From: a virus
IMG/VR virus record: IMGVR_UViG_3300024999_000022
Length of the DNA: 44,056 nucleotides
Reading direction: 5' to 3' (one strand)
A program made the position numbers and the translations under genes. A model generated the notes under the pieces. The model was not told the origin of the DNA. It saw only the letters and a list, made by a program, of their open reading frames with translations, and did no database searches. Below, in pieces: positions 1 through 5,594 of the stretch (its first letter is position 1; the number at the start of each line of letters is the position of its first letter).

Positions 1-127
1 AAGATATCCAAAAAAACTTCCTAAGACAGTCTGTGAGACAAGCAACACAGGACGCGTTTGGAACTTATTCAGTTGAAGAGATTTATGGAGAAAAGAAACA
101 GGAAATTGCATCAAAAATAAAATCATC
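1..127. repeat. Terminal overlap copy 1, identical to 43930..44056; signature of a circular or circularly permuted genome of about 43,929 bp
   Basis: Bases 1-127 (aagatatccaaaaaaacttcc ... aaaataaaatcatc) recur exactly at 43930-44056. The repeat lies inside one CDS whose frame continues across the junction. Confidence 0.9.
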
Positions 128-503
128 ACTTATTGATGGTGTAGGAAAGGATGGATTTGATTTTTCTCAATTCACAATTAACGAAATTAGACTTCCAGAA
201 AACATCATGGTTTCTATAAACCAAAAGATTCAAGCTGGTCAAGACGCACTAAAAGCTGAACAGAAGTTGAAGCAAATTGAGGTAGAAGCCAACCAACGTA
301 TCGCTGAAGCTCGTGGAAATGCAGAAGCAAGAATTGCAAATGCCAAGGCAGAAGCTGAAGCAATTCGCATACAGGCAGAAGCAGTTCAAAGTCAAGGTGG
401 AGCAGATTACGTTCAACTAAAGGCTATTGAGCGTTGGGATGGAAAATTACCTACGCAGCAAATACCAGGATCAACAGTTCCTTTTGTTAATCTTACAAAA
501 TAA
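1..503 (+). CDS. SPFH/band-7 (prohibitin/HflC-like) membrane protein, C-terminal part; same gene as 43533..44056 (900 nt in total across the junction)
   Basis: Frame continuity with 43533 (both positions 0 mod 3 after adding 43929). Ala/Glu-rich coiled-coil tail EARGNAEARIANAKAEAEAIRIQAEA followed by YVQLKAIERWDGKLP, typical of SPFH C-termini. Stop TAA at 501-503. Confidence 0.8.
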   Translation, partial: DIQKNFLRQSVRQATQDAFGTYSVEEIYGEKKQEIASKIKSSLIDGVGKDGFDFSQFTINEIRLPENIMVSINQKIQAGQDALKAEQKLKQIEVEANQRIAEARGNAEARIANAKAEAEAIRIQAEAVQSQGGADYVQLKAIERWDGKLPTQQIPGSTVPFVNLTK

Positions 504-853
504 TGAACATAATACTTTCACTTCTACTATTTTTTATGCCAATGACTGAATACATAGTATCTGGAAGTGGAAGTATGAACCCTACTTTTAAAGGAGGAGA
601 GGTGGTTGAAACATACCACTCCTCTCCCAAAGTAGATGATATTATAGTGTTTGAGTGTGGTAACTTTAAAAAATGTCATTCAAAAGTTCTCATAAAAAGA
701 ATAAAAAAAATAGATAATTATTGCTATTTTGTTGAGGGTGATAATCAACCATCATCATGGGATAGTAACGACTACGGATGGTTATGTGGAAACGAAATAA
801 GGATACTGGGGGTAGTAAAAAACGTAAGACACGCACAGAGCGTCAAAAGTTGA
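503..853 (+). CDS. Compact signal peptidase I-like (S26/S24 Ser-Lys dyad) peptidase
   Basis: N-terminal hydrophobic anchor. SGSMNPTFKGGE (Ser box), VLIKRIKKI (Lys box) and EGDNQPSSWDS (GDN..S.DS box). TAATG overlap with the upstream SPFH gene. Confidence 0.65.
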   Translation: MNIILSLLLFFMPMTEYIVSGSGSMNPTFKGGEVVETYHSSPKVDDIIVFECGNFKKCHSKVLIKRIKKIDNYCYFVEGDNQPSSWDSNDYGWLCGNEIRILGVVKNVRHAQSVKS

Positions 854-1233
854 AAGATAAATGTTGGGAACTATGCTCACTTTATAATAGAATGAAAGAC
901 GCTGACTGGAGAGGTTATGTTGCCTGTGTTACTTGTGGAGTTGTAAAACACTACAAACAACAACAGGGAGGTCATTTTATTCCAGGTCGTACAAATGGTA
1001 TTCTGTTTGAAGATCAAGGTATACATGCTCAATGTTATTCTTGCAATATGATGAAGGGTGGAAATCCACGCAAGTATGATGCCTACATGAAGAAACGGTA
1101 TGGACAGCGAGTAATAAATAAACTCGATAAACTATCAGAATCAACCGTTCAACTTTCAGAAGACGATTTGCGTAAAAAAATAGAAGAATACAAGATAAAA
1201 ATTGAATCATTAGGTTCATTTTGTGAACAATAA
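778..1233 (+). CDS. ninG: NinG/Rap-family protein (lambda NinG-like)
   Basis: CVTCG..GGHFIPGR..ILFEDQGIHAQCYSCN..KGGN..KY parallels lambda NinG CISCG..AGHY..LRFNERNIHKQCVVCN..KSGN..Y. The 5' end overlaps 503..853 by 76 nt, so the true start may be later (in-frame TTG at 850). Confidence 0.7.
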   Translation: MVMWKRNKDTGGSKKRKTRTERQKLKDKCWELCSLYNRMKDADWRGYVACVTCGVVKHYKQQQGGHFIPGRTNGILFEDQGIHAQCYSCNMMKGGNPRKYDAYMKKRYGQRVINKLDKLSESTVQLSEDDLRKKIEEYKIKIESLGSFCEQ

Positions 1234-1236
1234 ATT

Positions 1237-1260
1237 ACAGCTCGAAAGGGCTGTTTTTTG
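1237..1260 (+). terminator. Rho-independent terminator closing the plus-strand arm
   Basis: acagctc-GAAA-gggctgt stem (7 bp including one G.U, GNRA loop) followed by a run of six T, 4 nt after the ninG stop. Confidence 0.75.
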
Positions 1261-1278
1261 TTGTCTAAATTTGAATAA

Positions 1279-1322
1279 CAAAAAACCCAACGGTTTCGCA
1301 TCGTTGAGAGGCGTGTTGGGTA
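1279..1322 (-). terminator. Rho-independent terminator closing the minus-strand arm
   Basis: Minus strand reads ACCCAAC-(21-nt loop)-GTTGGGT followed by TTTTTT. It is convergent with the 1237-1260 terminator. Confidence 0.6.
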
Positions 1323-1639
1323 TAGTTTATAAGCGATAGATTGAGGTCGCCATGCTCATCGAGTAATTTCGCATTGAAATCACATCCGCAGGAGAAGCTT
1401 TCTGCATTTAATCTACCTTCGCCAGCCTTTATCTTGCAAATAAAGTTTAATTCTGACTTATGCACGAGTTAAAACATAGTTTCTGTGCAATCCGCTATGA
1501 GTTGATAACCGTTGCAAGCTGTTATCTAGTGGGTGATTACTAGGTTCTGCCCCTAGACTTACTCCTTCACAGGGAGCAGTGCTACTGTTACACTATAAAC
1601 ACCAAATGGGGAGTACCCTCAGTACTCATGCTATGATTG
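1323..1639 (-). ncRNA. Candidate structured non-coding RNA of unknown family, between the tRNA and the terminator
   Basis: No credible ORF. Locally GC-elevated (27/60 G+C hand-counted for 1501-1560, against about 12/60 in typical coding lines). Several local hairpins on the minus strand: CTAGG-ggcagaa-CCTAG, GATAAC-n11-GTTATC, TGCAC-n19-GTGCA, GCAG-n10-CTGC. Confidence 0.3.
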
Positions 1640-1711
1640 TTGCAGACCTGGGAGTCGAACCCAGTACCTCGAGTTTATGAGACTCAAATGCAGCCGTTAC
1701 ACTTGTCTGCT
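1640..1711 (-). tRNA. tRNA with CAT anticodon (Met, or Ile2 if lysidinylated)
   Basis: Hand-folded cloverleaf on the minus strand: AGCAGAC AA GTGT AACGGCT GCAT T TGAGT CTCATAA ACTCG AGGTA CTGGG TTCGACT CCCAG GTCTGCA A. Canonical T-loop TTCGACT and a 7-nt anticodon loop with CAT. Positions 1:72 are an A.A mismatch and the D-stem has two G.U pairs. No encoded CCA. Confidence 0.65.
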
Positions 1712-1772
1712 ATAAGGGAGGCGACTTATTTGTCGTTATTCCTCCCTACCAAACTATAAAAATATAGAGGTC

Positions 1773-2126
1773 TTATTTATTCCAGCAATGCTTAGATGCT
1801 GTCCAAGGAAAACCATGATTGAAATTTTCAATAGCCCATTTTGTAGACCATTCAACATTTTCTCTATCTTTAGTTGATAAATTACCATGCTTTAGAATTT
1901 GGAAGACACCAGTAGCTGTACTGTGTGGATTTTTAGCAGTAGGAATCATTCTACTTTCACATCTTGCTATCTTAACCAATGTTTCTACTTCTGAGAACTT
2001 TTCTTCTGCTGCTACTCTTCTTATTGTTTCTTCTACTGTTTCTTGTTTGACTTCAACAGGTGTAACCTCTTGAATTGTCATTTCGGAGCTAACAACTTTT
2101 ACAGGAAAAGCAATTAACCCCAACAC
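1773..2126 (-). CDS. Lytic transglycosylase-like (SLT/Rpf-type) cell-wall hydrolase with N-terminal anchor
   Basis: IARCESRMIPTAKNPHSTATGVFQI matches the catalytic-Glu C-E-S ... G.FQI pattern of transglycosylase domains. GTG start; the upstream in-frame codons continue a hydrophobic helix (GTLLEIILVLGLIAFPV), so the start is uncertain. Confidence 0.6.
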   Translation of the reverse strand: MLGLIAFPVKVVSSEMTIQEVTPVEVKQETVEETIRRVAAEEKFSEVETLVKIARCESRMIPTAKNPHSTATGVFQILKHGNLSTKDRENVEWSTKWAIENFNHGFPWTASKHCWNK

Positions 2127-2170
2127 TAATATAATCTCTAGTAATGTACCTATAAGTTTATATTAAAAAA

Positions 2171-2359
2171 TTAATCTTTTAAATAAGTTACATTTATGTA
2201 CTTTGTAACCGCATTTAAAAGTGATATCACAATTGGAGCATATAAAAATGATTCATCTGCGATATATACTAACGCTAACCCTATTAATCCATTAGCTGTT
2301 TGCCAAAGGAATGTCTCGAATCTTTTACTTTTTATAAACTCAATTATTTTTTCTTTCAT
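2171..2359 (-). CDS. Small membrane protein, holin candidate
   Basis: 62 aa with two hydrophobic segments (GLIGLALVYIA, LYAPIVISLLNAV). Lies between two wall-hydrolase genes and overlaps the upstream gene's end by 4 nt. Confidence 0.35.
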   Translation of the reverse strand: MKEKIIEFIKSKRFETFLWQTANGLIGLALVYIADESFLYAPIVISLLNAVTKYINVTYLKD

Positions 2360-2805
2360 TTTCTTGTAATTTCTGCAAATCCTGTTATGTTTGGATAAGC
2401 ATCTTTTAGTAACTTAATTTTACCGTCTATCGGATCTGCTATAGTATATCCTTTTAGTCTTGAATAACTCATAGCTAGAACCCAGTGTTTCTTGTTATTT
2501 ACTTGCAATAGACATGCGTTATCCCTTGACGCTATTATTGATTGAATTTTTTTGTCATCACGTGTATAGTATCTATACACAAAATTCATATTCAATTCAG
2601 ACTGTCCAATAGAACTCCAATATAGTAGTCCAGTTTCAGTAAATTTTAAGTTTTTAGCCATCCATGCAGGATTTCTATATACTCCGTACCAAGATGACAA
2701 CATACTTAGTGCTGTTATTGTACATCCATAATTATAGACAGTTAATTTAGTATTACCAATAAATGTTCCAGCCCATCTTTTATCTTTTTGCGATAGTATT
2801 ACCAT
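2356..2805 (-). CDS. Papain-like (C39-like) cysteine peptidase, endolysin candidate
   Basis: QKDKRW ... YGCTITALSM (Cys box), KHWVLAM (His box), ADPIDG (Asp). Sits in a lysis-cassette context. Confidence 0.5.
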   Translation of the reverse strand: MVILSQKDKRWAGTFIGNTKLTVYNYGCTITALSMLSSWYGVYRNPAWMAKNLKFTETGLLYWSSIGQSELNMNFVYRYYTRDDKKIQSIIASRDNACLLQVNNKKHWVLAMSYSRLKGYTIADPIDGKIKLLKDAYPNITGFAEITRK

Positions 2806-2816
2806 ATTTTTTATTA

Positions 2817-3590
2817 TTATAAACTTACGTGTATATCCTTATGATCTTTTGTTCCGTCTAAACGAATTCTAGGAGACCCCAACTTGACAGGTCTTAGCAT
2901 CGCTGCTTCAGCATATGATTCATCATATTCCAAATAACTTCCAGAACCAACTAATAGCTGTCTTCTTTCTTCTACCTTGTTTGTTCTAACATTAAACTCT
3001 CTAGAAAGAATAGGTACAGCAGAAAGCTGATGAGTATGCGCTCCAACGTAAAAATCTGCGTTAGATAACATATTAGTCATATTTTCTATCCTGTTTATCT
3101 TAGAACCAACAGAACCCCCTCCACCACTAGTATGATGAAAATATCCTACATACTGCTGTCTAAATCTTTTGTTATCTGGTCTCTTGTTTACTTTAAAGTT
3201 TATTGCACACGATATTTGACAATAAGGTATTCCTATTGCTAAACAGAAAGCATCCATCATTGAAAAATTAGCAAAATCTTCAAGCCTATTCTCGTGATTA
3301 CCACGAATAGCTGCTATTATTTGATCCTTGTGTGGTTTAAATATCTCAACAGCACGATTGAATTCTCCATCAGTTTGTTCAAATGGGGATGTTTTGCTAA
3401 ATCTTGTTGCGCAATTAAAGATATCTCCAACTAGAACTATTCTAGCTTCTGGATGGTTTTTAACCCATTCTAAATTAGCCCTAAGAAGTAATTCTGACTT
3501 TTTAGTAAAAGCTTTGTCTCCTAAATGTAAATCAGAGATTGGAATTACATAGCCATTTTCTTGTTCAATTTCACAAACAAGTGATTTCAT
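2817..3590 (-). CDS. Calcineurin-like metallophosphoesterase
   Basis: ISDLHLGD, LVGDIFN, RGNHEN and GAHTHQ motifs in canonical order. Confidence 0.75.
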   Translation of the reverse strand: MKSLVCEIEQENGYVIPISDLHLGDKAFTKKSELLLRANLEWVKNHPEARIVLVGDIFNCATRFSKTSPFEQTDGEFNRAVEIFKPHKDQIIAAIRGNHENRLEDFANFSMMDAFCLAIGIPYCQISCAINFKVNKRPDNKRFRQQYVGYFHHTSGGGGSVGSKINRIENMTNMLSNADFYVGAHTHQLSAVPILSREFNVRTNKVEERRQLLVGSGSYLEYDESYAEAAMLRPVKLGSPRIRLDGTKDHKDIHVSL

Positions 3591-3744
3591 ATGTTGTTTA
3601 TTAATACTTATATATTACTTATAACACATCAAATACCTAAAAGCAAATGTAATGGTGAGCTTTTTAGAGAAGCTCGTAACTCTTTTGCGGATGTTATACA
3701 CCCACTCATTGTGCATTTTTTGCCCTAACTTGTAGGCACACAGC

Positions 3745-3975
3745 CTATTGGCGGAGTAATGCGGACTCATTTTTTAAACTGTCTTTTTGTTCTTTGAGAT
3801 GATACTCACAGATACCAGACGTGTGTTGGAATAGACCACTATTTTGTTTAATAGCACATTCTTTTCTTTCACACGCTTGACAAGCCCAATTTTGATCTGC
3901 ATTTCCTACAAGCTTACACCCAATAACTCTTACTGGAGGACACCAAGCACACACTACTACGTATAAATCACTCAT
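3745..3975 (-). CDS. Small Cys-rich protein (third gene of the SD-bearing cassette)
   Basis: 76 aa with CAWC, CQAC and further Cys/His residues. AAGGAGGT lies 4-5 nt upstream of the ATG. ATGA overlap with the upstream gene. Confidence 0.6.
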   Translation of the reverse strand: MSDLYVVVCAWCPPVRVIGCKLVGNADQNWACQACERKECAIKQNSGLFQHTSGICEYHLKEQKDSLKNESALLRQ

Positions 3976-4241
3976 GTTGACCTCCTTTTCTTAGCTGGAT
4001 AATCTCGCACGTCTTCGTATTCCTTCTTCTTAATAGGTGATTTCCACTTCTCTTTTAATGGAAGTTTAGTTGAGCAACCTAGCGAAAGTAATGCTTGGCA
4101 CGTTAGCTTACCACAATCTGGCAATCTAATAACCTCTCCACAGTGTCCACATCGTAGCGTTTGAATTGGATGAAGATACTTACTATCTCCCAAATAACCA
4201 GCTACATCATAGCCATCTTGTTTCCAAAAATGTAGATTCAT
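3972..4241 (-). CDS. Small Cys-rich protein (second gene of the cassette) with basic tail
   Basis: 89 aa, CGHCGEVIRLPDCGKLTC. AAGGAGGT SD upstream. ATGA overlaps at both ends. Confidence 0.6.
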   Translation of the reverse strand: MNLHFWKQDGYDVAGYLGDSKYLHPIQTLRCGHCGEVIRLPDCGKLTCQALLSLGCSTKLPLKEKWKSPIKKKEYEDVRDYPAKKRRST

Positions 4242-4426
4242 TGCCTACCTCCTTTGCAATAAACAACTATCACCTTAACAAGTTCATATTCTGGAAACCA
4301 TGGACTATATTTAGCGTTTTTTGACCAATTATCTGCTACACCATTGTTAATGTAACCAGCAAAGCAAGGCGTATTGTTATTTATACATGCCCTATTATTG
4401 CAAACGCAAATCATGGGTCTTGACAT
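4238..4426 (-). CDS. Small Cys-rich protein (first gene of the cassette); start placed at the internal ATG preceded by an SD
   Basis: MSRPMICVCNNRACINNNTPC. aaaAAGGAGGTGtgct lies directly before the ATG at 4426. The ORF-track start at 4486 lacks such a signal. Confidence 0.55.
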   Translation of the reverse strand: MSRPMICVCNNRACINNNTPCFAGYINNGVADNWSKNAKYSPWFPEYELVKVIVVYCKGGRQ

Positions 4427-4555
4427 AGCACACCTCCTTTTTTGATTATTCACGCCTGCACTCTTCGCGCGCTTACCTGAACCCATCGAGTCTTCGGACT
4501 AGCAAGAAATGCAGGATAGAATAATCAAGTTTTTAACGTACTTAACCATATATTA

Positions 4556-4584
4556 AGTATATCATACTGATATCAAAAAGTCAA
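4556..4584 (-). promoter_or_regulatory. Sigma70-like promoter of the early-promoter family, on the minus strand, driving the Cys-rich cassette
   Basis: Minus strand reads TTGACT-17 nt-TATACT followed by TAATATATGG. The extended -10 is identical to the promoter at 32451-32479. Confidence 0.6.
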
Positions 4585-4928
4585 GGCTTTCTTATCCACT
4601 CTTTTACAGCCCAAATACCACCAGATATTATACTTACAGTTGTTATAAAAACAGCTAAACCTATTCCAAGTTTTTTACCAACTCTCCATGCAGTCTTAAA
4701 ATCGGTAACATCAGTATTTAAATCTATTAAACTAGCCATTTGTACACTTATTTTAGCTAGTTTTTCAGCCATTTCATGATCATGTATCTTTCTTGTTTCA
4801 CGATAAGCTAAACGTTCTTCTTCTTGAAGTTGCTGTGCTATTCTGTGGTCATTAAATTCAGTTCTTACAATATGAACTTCTTTTTTTATATCAGCTATTT
4901 CTTTTTCATTAACCTTAACATGTTCCAT
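4581..4928 (-). CDS. Tail-anchored coiled-coil membrane protein, unknown function
   Basis: 115 aa. Charged helical N-terminal two-thirds, then a C-terminal hydrophobic segment GIGLAVFITTVSIISGGIWAV. Confidence 0.5.
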   Translation of the reverse strand: MEHVKVNEKEIADIKKEVHIVRTEFNDHRIAQQLQEEERLAYRETRKIHDHEMAEKLAKISVQMASLIDLNTDVTDFKTAWRVGKKLGIGLAVFITTVSIISGGIWAVKEWIRKP

Positions 4929-4947
4929 TAGTTTGCACTTTAATTAA

Positions 4948-5589
4948 TTAAACCTCATAAAATATAAAATCTAAGCTAAAATTTAAGCTAGCACTTGCAC
5001 CAGAAAGAGAAGTAACTCTAAATAAATATTTTGCATTAGGCGCTAAAATCCATTCATTAGAAGCTCTATCAGCTCCACCAGCTTTAGATGTAGCAGAAGC
5101 TGAGCCAGACCTTTTCATACATAAAGAAGAACCATCAGCAGTAATAGTTGGAGCTTTAAAAATAGTGGTTAGCGGAGTATTAGCGCTGGTGTCATTTCTG
5201 TTCATTATTGCTAATGGAGTACCATTTGCTGAAGTTGTTGTTGATTTAAAAAAATCAATCTGCATTGCGATATCTCCTTCTGTTTCCCATACCAAATGCA
5301 CTGATTTAGAACCAGTAACAATTAGGTAATTAATTACTGCGTTATTGACTATAGCTGTATTAATTTCACAAAAACTAAATAACAGCCCGTCATGATTTTT
5401 AGAATGTACAAACTCAATATTTTTTCTAGCTCCTGAATTAACTGGGTTAACTAATAGTTGTGTTTCTTCAGTTGCAGTATTAATTTGAACTCCATCATTA
5501 AAGACTGATATTCTTTTAACACCTTTTCCATCAGCATAATTTAGATGTTCAGCTCGTTCTATATCCGAGATTGATGTTGCGTTAGACAT
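4948..5589 (-). CDS. Hypothetical structural-module protein
   Basis: 213-aa ORF tightly packed in the tail-gene run. Ser/Thr/Asn-rich, beta-like composition. Confidence 0.5.
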   Translation of the reverse strand: MSNATSISDIERAEHLNYADGKGVKRISVFNDGVQINTATEETQLLVNPVNSGARKNIEFVHSKNHDGLLFSFCEINTAIVNNAVINYLIVTGSKSVHLVWETEGDIAMQIDFFKSTTTSANGTPLAIMNRNDTSANTPLTTIFKAPTITADGSSLCMKRSGSASATSKAGGADRASNEWILAPNAKYLFRVTSLSGASASLNFSLDFIFYEV

Positions 5590-5594
5590 ATTGT

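Noticed and set aside
1-127. Terminal repeat interpreted as a genuine phage direct terminal repeat (DTR)
   Set aside because: The repeat lies in the middle of a continuous CDS and its length equals a common assembler k-mer. An assembly overlap of a circular or permuted genome is the simpler reading. It remains checkable with reads.
1265-1465. 66-aa minus-strand ORF in the tRNA-proximal non-coding region
   Set aside because: It runs straight through the minus-strand intrinsic terminator (1279-1322). It has no plausible start context and an odd composition. The region is better explained as structured RNA.
1323-1639. tmRNA, RNase P RNA or group I intron identity for the structured region after the tRNA
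   Set aside because: I found no tmRNA-style acceptor/T-arm arrangement at the 3' end or an alanine-resume tag frame. There are no RNase P CR-I/CR-V-like strings (GAGGAAAGUCC, ACAGAAC..GGCUUA) and no recognisable group I P7/P3 core. The adjacent tRNA is intact, so this is not an intron-split tRNA.
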